The notes beneath the pieces were generated by a model that ran no database searches, was not told the DNA's origin, and worked only from the letters and a program-made list of their open reading frames with translations. Of a stretch of DNA of 64,000 nucleotides, positions 1 through 10,054 are shown piece after piece. The stretch comes from Syntrophales bacterium (lineage in GTDB: Bacteria; Desulfobacterota; Syntrophia; Syntrophales; PHBD01), in contig OY764159.1 of assembly GCA_963668175.1 (NCBI GenBank), forward strand, positions 2,112,001 through 2,176,000, written 5' to 3'. Position 1 is the stretch's first letter. Each line of letters begins with the position of its first letter. The translations under genes were made by a program, and so were the position numbers.

Positions 1-6
1 AAAGGC

Positions 7-345
7 GCGCCGGGGCAAGAAAGACGTGCCGGGGCAAGAAAGATGCGCCGGACGGCGGCTGCATCGTGCGGGTTGTCCGCGCGCGGGCGGTTGTGGTATA
101 GATAAGCCGTCGTAGGAAAAAAAGAAGATCCGTCGGGCTGGAAAGCGCACCGGGGCAAGAAAGTCGCACCGGCGGGGCCGGAAAAATTCGCCGGAGCCGG
201 AAAAGCGCGCCGGTGGCGGGGCCGGAGAGACGCTTCAGGGCCGGAAAGAAGCACCCGGGCAAGAAAAACACGCCGCTGCCGGAAATACGCTCCGGCAGGG
301 CCATCACAACGGGGCCGTCACAACGGGGCCGTCACAACGGGGCCG
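7..345. repeat. Low-complexity intergenic short repeats (GC(G/A)CCGGGGCAAGAAAG-like copies; 3x tandem TCACAACGGGGCCG at 304-345)
   Basis: Direct inspection: about four copies of a ccggggcaagaaa-like motif and a perfect 14-bp x3 tandem. Confidence 0.7.
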
Positions 346-390
346 GAAAAACACGCCGGGAGAACGATCCCAGGCAGAAAGGCATCGGGC

Positions 391-1545
391 ATGCAGGGAC
401 AGGAAATCGGACAGGAAGCGAAAAGCGCCGCCGTTCCCGTCACGGGCGGGAAGCGGACGCTCGGCCCCAGGGCGAAGGTCGCCGCGGCGGGGGTGAAAGA
501 CGGGACGCCCGCGCACGGCATCGTCGAGGCGGTGCGGGCGGCGGTCCTGAAAGCGACGGACTTCTCCTGGCTCGCCAAGGGCGACACCGTCTTCGTCAAG
601 ACGTCCAACAATTCCCCCAACGCCTATCCGGCCACCACGAGCCCCATCGCCGTGGTCGCCGTCGTCGGGCTCCTCCGGGAGAAGGGGGCGGGCCGGGTGA
701 TCGTGGGCGACATGTCCGGCGTCCAGTACGTGCGGTTCTCGCCGGAAAGGACGACGGGCAGCACCCGGAAACTCATGGCCGCTACAGGCATGGCCGCGTC
801 GGTGGCGGCCGCCGGGGGCGAGCTGCACTGCTTCGAGGAGGCCGGGTGGGACGCCTTTTACGAGGACATGCCGGCCACGGGATCGCACTGGAAGCGGGGC
901 CTCATGATGCCCAATATCCTGAAGGCGGCGCAGCACATCGTCCTCATGCCCCGCTGTTCCCGGCACATGATCGCCGGCAGCACCCTGGGCCTCAAGGCGG
1001 CGGTGGGCTACTGGCGGCACGACACGCGGCTGGAATACCATCACGCCGCCGCTACCCTGCAGGAGAAGACGGCGGAAGGCAACACGGTTCCGACGCTGCT
1101 TGCCAAGCAGCGCCTGGTCGTCACGGCGGCGGACAAGCTCCTCGTCACCGTCGGGCCCGACATGGGGCATATCTACGTGCCCGATCCCGGCCTGATCTTC
1201 GCGTCCGAATCGGTCGTCGCGCACGACATGGTTTCCCTCGCCTGGCTCCTGTACAACCGGCAGGAGATGCCGGACCTGCGCTGGGAGGTCATGGCGGACC
1301 GGAGCGCCGTCGTGCCCCGCGTCGCGAACCGCGTCGTCACACGCTGGCTGGGCGGATGGGGCAAGGCCCTGACGGTGGAGCGCGTAACCAAGGACCGCCT
1401 CGACACGATCTGGGACGACCGCACCCTGAACCGCAGCTACGACCTCTTCGGCGGCGTTCCCGACGTCTCGCTCGCGTCGTCCAAAGGCGACATCGCCGCC
1501 GGACTCATCGCCCGCCTGGCCGGGATGACGGCCGTGCCGGACTGA
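391..1545 (+). CDS. DUF362-family protein
   Basis: 384-aa ORF with GC3-biased codons; GDTVFVK..N, TSP..V, TLGLKAAVG and SVVAHD motifs typical of DUF362. Confidence 0.75.
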   Translation: MQGQEIGQEAKSAAVPVTGGKRTLGPRAKVAAAGVKDGTPAHGIVEAVRAAVLKATDFSWLAKGDTVFVKTSNNSPNAYPATTSPIAVVAVVGLLREKGAGRVIVGDMSGVQYVRFSPERTTGSTRKLMAATGMAASVAAAGGELHCFEEAGWDAFYEDMPATGSHWKRGLMMPNILKAAQHIVLMPRCSRHMIAGSTLGLKAAVGYWRHDTRLEYHHAAATLQEKTAEGNTVPTLLAKQRLVVTAADKLLVTVGPDMGHIYVPDPGLIFASESVVAHDMVSLAWLLYNRQEMPDLRWEVMADRSAVVPRVANRVVTRWLGGWGKALTVERVTKDRLDTIWDDRTLNRSYDLFGGVPDVSLASSKGDIAAGLIARLAGMTAVPD

Positions 1546-1712
1546 GCCGGGGCGCGCCGTTTGCCGCCCGATGTCGTCGCGCCACAACGGTGTTGATTAA
1601 TATTGCGGCAGGTGGTACGTCTGCCGGGCGTCCCGCGCTTCGCAAGGGGAGGGCGGGCCGCAAGCGAAAGTCTTAGCGCACAGGAACAAATGCCATAACA
1701 GGAGAAGAAAAG

Positions 1713-2009
1713 ATGATTTCACTCGTTGCGAAAATGACGGTAAAAGAGGACAAGAGGGAAGAGGCCGTCGCGGCCATCAGGGAATTGGTCGCGGAGACGG
1801 CCAAGGAAGAGGGAACGCTGTTCTATACGGTGAACCGCGATCTCAAGAATCCGGACACGTTCGTTTTTATGGAACGCTACAGGGACAAAGCCGCCCTGGA
1901 TGCCCATGCGGCAAGCCCGCATTTCAAGGCGTTTTCCGCCAAATGCCCGGGGTTCATGGCCGGCAAGGCGGAGCTTACGAGGCTGGAAGAAATCCTTTCG
2001 GCCAAATAG
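1713..2009 (+). CDS. ABM-family (putative quinol) monooxygenase
   Basis: 98 aa; EEGTLFY, FVFMERY..KAALDAHAASPHF motif; RBS AGGAG upstream. Confidence 0.88.
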   Translation: MISLVAKMTVKEDKREEAVAAIRELVAETAKEEGTLFYTVNRDLKNPDTFVFMERYRDKAALDAHAASPHFKAFSAKCPGFMAGKAELTRLEEILSAK

Positions 2010-2178
2010 ACTGCTCTCGCCAAATGCCCGGGGTTCCTGGCCGGCAAGGCGGAGCTTACGAGGCTGGAAGAAATCCTTTCGGCCAAATAGACTGTTCCGC
2101 CAAATGCCCGGCGTTCCTGGCCGGCAAGGCGGAACTTACGAGGATGGAAAAAATCCTTCCGGCCAAATAGACGGTTCC
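1937..2178 (+). repeat. Three tandem ~80-bp copies of the 3' end of the ABM gene
   Basis: CGCCAAATGCCCGG...GGCCAAATAGAC units start at 1937, 2018 and 2098. Confidence 0.95.
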
Positions 2179-2582
2179 AACCGCCGCCGAAGCTGCCATA
2201 GCCTCGGCGGCGTCCCCGATATCCTCCCGCTGCCGTCCTCCAAAAACGACACCGCCGATATATCGTTCGCGCCCCGAAGGCGGCATCGCCGCCGACACCC
2301 CCACCCGCCCGGCCCGGATGACGGCCCCCGCCACCTGTCTACCCGCCGGAGCCTGCCGATACTCACGATCTTGATTGCGAAGAAGGGCTGGCTGTAAGCC
2401 TTTTGCCCAGACCATACAATACAGAAATAAGTATAAGATTTGTCATCATAATTATATTAAAAAGCATTATTGACATGGCGTGTGGAAAAGTGTAGATGTT
2501 ACTAATCCTCTCCTCATAGTATTTATTAAGTCAAGTAGATACATATCAACATAACAAGACCTTTATTTAGGGCCAAAACGAC

Positions 2583-3188
2583 ATGACAGAAGATGATCGG
2601 AAGAAGAAACGTTTCGATGTGGCTGTCCAAATCAGAAATTTTGAAATTAACTTGTTTTGGAAGAGATCCCTTTTCTTTTGGGGCTTCATTGCATCGGCAT
2701 TCGTTGGCTATGCAGCATTGAGTAAATATCAGTCAGACCTCTCTGTCATTGTGGCGTGTTTTGGTATGGTTTGCTCGTTTGCGTGGACACTCGTCAATCG
2801 AGGTTCCAAATACTGGCAGGAAAGCTGGGAAACAAAGGTTGAGAAGTATGAAGCCGTCCTAATCGGTGCACTTTTTGCGGAAGAGGAAGCAGTGCAGAGT
2901 CATAAAGGTTTTTGGCTAGGTGCTAGAAAATATTCCGTAAGCAAACTTGCGACAGCGTTAAGTGATTATGTTTTCGTCCTCTGGTTTATAATTGTAGTTA
3001 AAGATTTCATCAATCGTTACCTGATCATATGTAAGTATGCTTATCTGGAAGAAATCGGAATCACTTCTTTCGTCGTATTTTCATTCAGTTACTTATTGCT
3101 CTTATTATGGTGCGGCCGGAAGACATCACGACCTAAAAAGACGGAATTATCATCCAAATGGAATGTCTCAAACCGAAACCGTCCATAA
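2583..3188 (+). CDS. Multi-pass membrane protein (FEINLFWKRSxFFWGF / GSKYWQESWE family; RipA-like putative oligomeric membrane protein)
   Basis: Low-GC 201-aa ORF with about four hydrophobic segments; family assignment from motif memory only. Confidence 0.6.
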   Translation: MTEDDRKKKRFDVAVQIRNFEINLFWKRSLFFWGFIASAFVGYAALSKYQSDLSVIVACFGMVCSFAWTLVNRGSKYWQESWETKVEKYEAVLIGALFAEEEAVQSHKGFWLGARKYSVSKLATALSDYVFVLWFIIVVKDFINRYLIICKYAYLEEIGITSFVVFSFSYLLLLLWCGRKTSRPKKTELSSKWNVSNRNRP

Positions 3189-4257
3189 ATCGAATAAATA
3201 AGTGGAAAATGATATGGACACGCTGACTTTGATTCAAATCAGTGATCTGCATATGCCAAGATTAATAGGAGAGCCGTCGAATATTGACTGGAAAGATAAG
3301 GGGTTTCCAAAACAATTAGGTCAGATAATAGTTACTCCTCGATGGCAAAGCGTAATGAGAGAATTGATAGATTATATTGAAAATAACCGACATTCAATCG
3401 GGGGAATTATTATCTGTGGTGATTTGACGGACAAAGGTGATTTATCAGGTTATGAGAATTGCTTAACATATTTAAATGAAACTCTGCAAATCGCCGATGA
3501 ACAAAGATGGCAAAAAAATCAAGTGCATATAGTTCCAGGGAATCACGATATTAACCGCAAGACGAATGATTCTAACAGTGGGGACATTTATCTCAAATTT
3601 GAACCATTAATCATGGCATGGCATAATTTAGGATTGCCAATCCTAACTACGAGAGGAGCTAGGCAGACACAAATGTCGGCGAATGGTAATAGTGTTGATG
3701 TTTTTTCAATAAATTCCTGTATTGGATGTGGTGAAAAGCGCTATATGCCCGCAGAAATTAAGGAGCAAATGCATGAAATGCTCAGGACAAACAATGAGTC
3801 TAATCTAATTTGGGAACAACTAGATACGCCAGCATTTTCAGAAGACGATATTAACAAGATTATAGCTAAAATCGATCAATTGTCCGGTTTGTCAGTGGGC
3901 GTGGTTGTAGCTCATCATAATTTATTGCCCCAAGTATCCCCCAGGCTTGAGATATACACGGAGGTTATCAATGGTGGCCTTGTGAGATCACGGTTGTCCC
4001 AGTGTAAACACCCCGTGATATATTGTCACGGGCATGTTCACGAAGATCCGATTGAAGTGGTGTTCAATGCAAGATCGAGGCGTAGCCGTCTGATTTCGAT
4101 AGCGTGTTCCAAGTTCACTGACGGATTCAACATCATTAAACTACATTTCTCCCGTCACGAGGTGAAGTAGCCCCCAATTGAACCGGACACTTTGAATCTG
4201 GAAATAAGTTGTAGGAATAGATATAGAGATATTACTACAACCAGAAAGAAGGTGTTT

Positions 4258-4635
4258 ATGGTTCCTGTAGAAGTGATCGTCGGTGTACAGAGGCGACGTC
4301 GCTGGTCGGCTGCCGAGAAGAAGTCGATGGTGCGGGAGGCGGAGCAGCCGGGAATGAGCATCTCGGCTGTAGCCCGGAAGTATGACATCCATCCGAACCA
4401 GTTGTTCCACTGGCGCAGGCTTGCCGAAGAAGGGGCTCTGTCGGCGGTTGGTGCAGATGAAGGCGTCGTTCCTGCATCGGAAGCCAGAGAACTGAAAAAG
4501 CAGATCCGGGAGTTGGAGCGTCTTCTGGGCAAAAAGACAATGGAGGTGGAGATATTAAGGGAGGCTGTCCGGATTGCCCGTGAAAAAAAACTGATCTCGC
4601 GGTTGCCGTTGTTGCCGGAGGACGATTCCCGATGA
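4258..4635 (+). CDS. IS2-type transposase OrfA (HTH)
   Basis: RRRRWSAAEK...SISAVARKYDIHPNQLFHWR; start codon uncertain. Confidence 0.88.
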   Translation: MVPVEVIVGVQRRRRWSAAEKKSMVREAEQPGMSISAVARKYDIHPNQLFHWRRLAEEGALSAVGADEGVVPASEARELKKQIRELERLLGKKTMEVEILREAVRIAREKKLISRLPLLPEDDSR

Positions 4636-5480
4636 AGACGGTTGTCGATACGCTGGACGTTTCCCGTTCCCGGCAGTACGAAAGGCAAGGGAAGGAAGCC
4701 GATTCGAGAAGCCGCCATTACAGGAGAGGCGACGATGGCAGATATCTTCTTCTGATCAGGCAGGTTATTGATAATCGTCCCAGTTACGGCTATCGGAGAG
4801 TAACGGCAAGAATCAACAAGCTTCTGGAACGTCAGGGGCATCCGGGAGTTAATCCCAAACGGATTTATCGTCTCATGAAGATGCACAATCTGCTTCTTCA
4901 GCGGCATACGGGTAGGCCGGCAAGGCTTCACGAGGGTAAGGTCACGACGAGACGGAGCGATCTTCGTTGGTGTTCTGATGCGTTTGAGATTGCCTGCTGG
5001 AATGGGGACCGTCTCCGGGTAGCGTTCAGCATGGATTGTTGCGACAGGGAAATCATGAGTTATATAGCCACGACAGGGGGCGTATCCGGCGACATGGTCA
5101 GGGACTTGATGGCGGAAGCCATTGAGGCCCGTTTCGGTATGATCAATCGGCTGCCTCACAGAATCCAGTGGCTGAGCGATAATGGTCCTGCGTACACCGC
5201 CAGGGAAACGAAAAGCTTTGGGCAGATGATGGGGCTTGAGGTTTGCACGACCCCGTTCTATAGCCCGGAATCGAACGGAATGGCCGAATCCTTTGTCAAG
5301 ACCTTCAAGAGGGATTATGTTCATCTGAATATCCTGACTGATGCCGAAACGGTCATGAAGCAACTGCCCGGATGGTTCGTAGACTACAATGAAAACCATC
5401 CGCACAAGGGATTGAAAATGATGTCGCCCAGGGAGTATAGGAGACATCAAAATAAGTTAGAACAGTGTCCGGTGAAATAG
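4632..5480 (+). CDS. IS2-type transposase OrfB (DDE/rve)
   Basis: YGYRRV, WCSD, WLSDNG, SPESNGMAESFVKTFKRDY. Confidence 0.95.
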   Translation: MKTVVDTLDVSRSRQYERQGKEADSRSRHYRRGDDGRYLLLIRQVIDNRPSYGYRRVTARINKLLERQGHPGVNPKRIYRLMKMHNLLLQRHTGRPARLHEGKVTTRRSDLRWCSDAFEIACWNGDRLRVAFSMDCCDREIMSYIATTGGVSGDMVRDLMAEAIEARFGMINRLPHRIQWLSDNGPAYTARETKSFGQMMGLEVCTTPFYSPESNGMAESFVKTFKRDYVHLNILTDAETVMKQLPGWFVDYNENHPHKGLKMMSPREYRRHQNKLEQCPVK

Positions 5481-5818
5481 GGGCAACTCCACGAGGTGCC
5501 TTTAGGATGTACAATTATTCCATATCGAGTTAGGAATGATGGATCTGTGAAAACCCAGGAAGAGATAAGTATTCCATTACGGACAAGTTTAGATACCCAA
5601 CTAATCTCAGATCAATTAACAAAGGCCATATTATCGAACATTAGACATGATTGGATTCGATTTGAAGAGATACGAAATGGAGTTGAGAGCCAGGGAACAT
5701 CAAAGCCGCAGAAGAAAACACTTGCGCATGCACTCAAAGAGCTTCAATGGCTCGGTTGCATCGAGATTAGGAATTCTGAAGAGGATGCGAAGCATTGGCA
5801 AGTCAAAAGGACGGAGTC

Positions 5819-7819
5819 ATGATGAAATCGCCTTTTCAAACGGCCAGATTTGAATATGAAGGAGAACATCTCTATTTTTTGCCAACAAATTTCATGAATG
5901 TTCTTGAATTACCTAAACCCGTTTACTTGATAGGATCCAGGGGTACAGGAAAAACTACGCTTCTTAAGGCATTAAATTGGAATGAACGAATTAACAATAC
6001 TTCTTTGCAGCGACAATTGGGATCAGATATTTTTATTAAGAGGTATATTGGTGTCTACTTCAAATTGCCTGATCATCGCTTTGATGCCCTTGATGCGAAG
6101 CTGCAACAAGAAAATAAAGACTTAGGCAATTTGATAAGATCTTTATATATAGATGTACTTGGTTTACAGCTCCTTGTCGATGCCATTTCCGAATTAATCA
6201 TCAATAAAATCATTATGGCCACACCAAAAGACGAGCAGAAATGTGTAACGTCAATTCTTGAGGACTTTGAAGAGTGGTTTCAGCCAATCATTGAGAATAT
6301 ATTTTCAAAAAAGCCTGCAACATTAAAGAATCTTAATAATTTGTTTCGTAGTATTCAGTTGACGATTGAACGATATGCGATCTATGGAGGAGAAGCTTCA
6401 TCTGTCGCGTCTGATTACACTGGTCAAATTGGTGAATTTGGAAGATGCGTTGCAAAGCGACTCGGTGAACTGTGCAATATACAAATCGATGAACCGATGT
6501 ATAAATGGTTTTTCAAAATCTGTATGGACGAGGGTGAGTGTCTAAGCAATAACGACCGTCTGGTATTTAACACAATGACCCGTCTTTCAGAATGGCCACT
6601 ATTTCACGTAGTATGCTTTGTTGAACGTCCAGAGGATATATCGAGCACGTTGATTCCGAATTTAACATTGTCTGATGCTGATCGCACACTGATATTGCTT
6701 GAAGATATGACTGATAGGGAATTCCGAATTCTGGGAGAAGGAGTGGCGACAATTCGGATGCAAGAGTTGCTGGAAGATTTTACCGTTAAATTTGATACCA
6801 AGATGTGTTTAGGAAAATTGAATATAAATAAGATGGCGATGTCTATCTTGGAAGAATCAACAAGTAGAAAAGCAAAAGATCTTCTAGCGAATGCGCGTGA
6901 GAAAATGAAAGATCCCATTATTTGTAATATGCTCTCAGGAAAGGCTGATCAACGCGCGGATGATGAAGATACGCTGATCGAAAAAAGTGAAGAAATAAAT
7001 TTAGATCTACTGCCCATTTATCAGACGTATCTTATTCAGAAACTTAATTTGGTATTACCGACGCCCGATGATCCGCAGTGGGCGAGAAGAGCACAGGAAA
7101 GCGCAGAGTTGAGAAAGAAAATGGTGGCAGCATATTTATCACTATGTGATGAGATGGGGATGAATGTTCGTTATGCGACAGCTGATATGGTTCTGCAAAT
7201 GAGTGATAAATGTATTCGTGATTTCTTGACTTTTATACATGAAATATTCATCGAAAGCAAGTTCAGCCTACATAATTTTATAAAGAATCAAGTTCCAATG
7301 AAAATTCAGGATAAAGCAATTAAACATGCCAGCAATCTAAAGAGAAATTCGTTAAAGCAGTCTGGAATAATATCACCAACTGAAGCTGGGCGTATAATCG
7401 ATGCTCTCGCGAAAATTACTAAATATATTCAAACGAAGAGTCCAGATCTTTCTCATTTAGAGGCCACTGAAAGAGGAAAATTCACTTTATCAATGCAGCC
7501 AACAGAAAGGGAAATATTCACTTCGGTGTTAAAATTGATTAAAGATGCAGCTCAGGCAGGGTTTTTAATCATCTCTCAGGAGGGTGAATCAAAATGGAAA
7601 TTCAGGGTTCATACCTCACTGGCCGCATTTTTTGGTTTTTCATATCGTGGGGCGTACTATGATACACCTCTGGATATTAAGGAATTAGACGCTATCAGAC
7701 AGAGTTCTGACCTAGATGATTTTGAGAAGCATGTTGAGAAAATATCCAAGAGATTAGCAGGCTGGAAGAATGATATAGGAACCCTATTTGAGTGGAATAA
7801 AGATGGAAACAGTATTTAG
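5819..7819 (+). CDS. P-loop NTPase (ORC/CDC6-like / STAND-like AAA ATPase)
   Basis: Walker A GSRGTGKT, Walker B ICMDEGE; ATG overlaps the upstream TGA (ATGA at 5819-5822). Confidence 0.8.
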   Translation: MMKSPFQTARFEYEGEHLYFLPTNFMNVLELPKPVYLIGSRGTGKTTLLKALNWNERINNTSLQRQLGSDIFIKRYIGVYFKLPDHRFDALDAKLQQENKDLGNLIRSLYIDVLGLQLLVDAISELIINKIIMATPKDEQKCVTSILEDFEEWFQPIIENIFSKKPATLKNLNNLFRSIQLTIERYAIYGGEASSVASDYTGQIGEFGRCVAKRLGELCNIQIDEPMYKWFFKICMDEGECLSNNDRLVFNTMTRLSEWPLFHVVCFVERPEDISSTLIPNLTLSDADRTLILLEDMTDREFRILGEGVATIRMQELLEDFTVKFDTKMCLGKLNINKMAMSILEESTSRKAKDLLANAREKMKDPIICNMLSGKADQRADDEDTLIEKSEEINLDLLPIYQTYLIQKLNLVLPTPDDPQWARRAQESAELRKKMVAAYLSLCDEMGMNVRYATADMVLQMSDKCIRDFLTFIHEIFIESKFSLHNFIKNQVPMKIQDKAIKHASNLKRNSLKQSGIISPTEAGRIIDALAKITKYIQTKSPDLSHLEATERGKFTLSMQPTEREIFTSVLKLIKDAAQAGFLIISQEGESKWKFRVHTSLAAFFGFSYRGAYYDTPLDIKELDAIRQSSDLDDFEKHVEKISKRLAGWKNDIGTLFEWNKDGNSI

Positions 7820-8819
7820 ACAATCATATCTCAAAGGGACGTCAAACAGATTAAACGATGTAAAACAACTTGAGGGAAAATATGATTTGTTCATATGTGC
7901 CTCAAGTTGGGATGGGAGGTGTGTTTGTGTAACGGATTCAAAAATCAGTGTGGATTATGCTATTCCCATATTTTTCAGCGTACGAGATAACATGGGGCTT
8001 CGTGATAAATATGATAAACTGATTTTAAAATACTGCAAAAGAATAGCAGCAAGAACGATTCCTATATCAGGAGCGTCGATAAACGTTGAAATGATGTGGA
8101 ATGATTTACATAAAAATATTTTGACAATAATGGAGAGTGTGCATCGTCCTTTGGATATAATAATTGATATTTCAACGCTGCCACGATATTACTACGGTGC
8201 TATTTGTGCCTTAGGAATTAAGACGGGATTTGCTCATAAGATTACCTGTTTCTATGCTGAGGCAAACTATCCACCCCCCAATCAAGCAGAGCAGGAAATC
8301 GCATTCACAGGAGGCAGTTGGAGGGCAATTCCAATTCCCGGGCTATTGGGTGATTATGATCCGAGAAAGAAAAGATTTTACTTAGTTTCAATTGGTTTTG
8401 AAGGATGGAAAACACTTCGTGTCGTTTCAAGGGCTGATCCAGAAAGAGTATCAATATTATTTCCTGATCCCGGATTTGATATGGAATATCCTGATAGAAC
8501 ACTAAATAATAATCAAGAACTGATCTGGCAATACAAAGTACCTGATACACAAGTCGTAAAAGCACATGCTGGTGATGCAATAGGAGCTTGGAAAGCGCTG
8601 AGCATTAATTCAGTAGAGAGGGCTGAAGAGGAGAATACATATTATCTCTGCAGTGGCACAAAACCGCATTCATTAGCCATGATTTTAAGGGCTATGGCGC
8701 TCAAATATCCAGTCGTCCTCTACAATCGGCCTGATGAACATAATGTAGTATTAATTGAGCCGAATGGAAAATATTGGAAATATGAAATTAAAGATTTAAC
8801 GGTATGTCGATATGAGTGA
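7803..8819 (+). CDS. Hypothetical protein, possibly CARF/Rossmann-like partner of the ATPase
   Basis: DISTLPRYY, IGFEG, PDPGF, SGTKPHSLA motifs; overlaps both neighbours. Confidence 0.6.
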   Translation: METVFRQSYLKGTSNRLNDVKQLEGKYDLFICASSWDGRCVCVTDSKISVDYAIPIFFSVRDNMGLRDKYDKLILKYCKRIAARTIPISGASINVEMMWNDLHKNILTIMESVHRPLDIIIDISTLPRYYYGAICALGIKTGFAHKITCFYAEANYPPPNQAEQEIAFTGGSWRAIPIPGLLGDYDPRKKRFYLVSIGFEGWKTLRVVSRADPERVSILFPDPGFDMEYPDRTLNNNQELIWQYKVPDTQVVKAHAGDAIGAWKALSINSVERAEEENTYYLCSGTKPHSLAMILRAMALKYPVVLYNRPDEHNVVLIEPNGKYWKYEIKDLTVCRYE

Positions 8820-9663
8820 TGAGAATCAACCGGTTTTCCCCATCCTAAAATGGCCGGGGGGAAAGTCATGGTTAGCCGAGAGACTTAGTCAGATTATTGG
8901 AGATGAGATTGCTACTAATGGCACATATTATGAGCCATTCTTAGGTGCAGGTTCTATATATTTCTATTTTCGACCAGAAAAGAGTATCTTGTCAGATGTA
9001 AATCCAGCACTGATAAATTTTTATAAATGTCTGAGAAATAATTCAGATAAGATTATTAAACGTGTGTGGTCATTTTCGAATAAAAGCGAATGTTATTATA
9101 AAGTGCGGAATATGCACCCTCGAACAGACATTGGAGAATCTGCGAGATTTCTATACCTAAATAAAACATGCTGGGGTGGTGTGTATAGACTGAATCAAAA
9201 AGGTGAATATAATGTACCATTTGGTAATTCAGGGAGGAAAATATGCAGTCGCAATAGGGTCTTAGCTGCTGCGGACGCTTTGCGCAATGCAACTCTGATA
9301 TGCTCAGATTTTGAACCTATAATGACAGCGGCTAAGAATGGAGATTGTATATACGCCGATCCACCATATAGTACCTTAGGGCAGAACAACGGATTCCTCC
9401 GGTATAATGAGAGATTATTCAAGTGGTCAGATCAACAAAGACTTGCCAGATCATGCCGAGATTCTGCCGATAGGGGTGCATTTGTCGCGATAAGTGCACT
9501 TTGGCATGATGATATATTAAAGTTGTTCCCTGATTGGTGGGCATGGAAAATAGAAAGAAAGTCACTAATAAGCAGAAAAATTGAAGGGCGTCGTTCAATT
9601 TGTGAAGTTGTTATATTCAGTAATAAGCCGGGATCGATATCAGAAAACATTACAAAAATATAA
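8812..9663 (+). CDS. Dam-family (D12 class) N6-adenine DNA methyltransferase
   Basis: KWPGGKSWL, YYEPFLGAGS, FLYLNKTCWGG.YR.N..G.YNVPFG, catalytic YADPPY. Confidence 0.93.
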   Translation: MSDENQPVFPILKWPGGKSWLAERLSQIIGDEIATNGTYYEPFLGAGSIYFYFRPEKSILSDVNPALINFYKCLRNNSDKIIKRVWSFSNKSECYYKVRNMHPRTDIGESARFLYLNKTCWGGVYRLNQKGEYNVPFGNSGRKICSRNRVLAAADALRNATLICSDFEPIMTAAKNGDCIYADPPYSTLGQNNGFLRYNERLFKWSDQQRLARSCRDSADRGAFVAISALWHDDILKLFPDWWAWKIERKSLISRKIEGRRSICEVVIFSNKPGSISENITKI

Positions 9664-10054
9664 AAAATGAGAGGCTGGATTCAATTAGATTAGCAGAAAA
9701 TAACAGAAATCCGATCATATTTTAAAACACGAATGATGAATTTTTTGTACAGTAGCGGTATTCACCTAACAGTCACCCCTGCGCGGGGATAGATATTCAG
9801 GCTGCCTTTTTCTCTTCTCTATAATCTTCGCATTCGATCCATAATCCTTTTGAAAAGCCCCCCCCACCCCCAAAATCCCCCAAAATAGTCCTGCCCTTTT
9901 TGCCGCTCTTCAAGTAGAATGACCGGACGGGCAGTACGGGCGGCTTGGCGTCCGGCCGGGATGTCGTACGGGATATCGGCCGGGCGGCGCGCCCTCGCAA
10001 CGGATAACGCCTGCGCGCAGGCAATACATATCGGGTGGACCGGAGGTTTTCGCA

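Larger units (their letters stand above)
4163..5491 (+). mobile_element. IS3-family (IS2 group) insertion sequence, 1329 bp, 5-bp TSD CGAGG
   Basis: Ends TGAAGTAGCCCCCAATTGAACCGGACACT / AGTGTCCGGTGAAATAGGGGCAACTCCA; CGAGG at 4158-4162 and 5492-5496; orfA/orfB with an A8 slippery run at ~4583-4590. Confidence 0.97.
3202..5822 (+). pseudogene. Calcineurin-like metallophosphoesterase with probable C-terminal wHTH, interrupted by an IS (fragments 3202-4162 and 5497-5822)
   Basis: Motifs SDLH, GDLTD, PGNHD, HHN, HGHVH; removing the IS and one CGAGG copy restores the frame ...SRHEVPLGCTII... (~428 aa). Confidence 0.9.

Noticed and set aside
213..1676. Long overlapping ORFs such as 213-1676, 304-1587, 13259-14920, 13272-15146, 22072-24201, 48718-50727, 53295-54635
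   Set aside because: Shadow frames of real high-GC genes; Arg/Gly/Pro-rich with no recognisable motifs
2180..2415. Possible transposase or gene remnant at the left island border (also 9797-9900 at the right border)
   Set aside because: No motif or terminal repeat that I could support
4155..5450. 431-aa antisense ORF in the IS (and 36639-37991)
   Set aside because: Antisense shadow of the transposase genes
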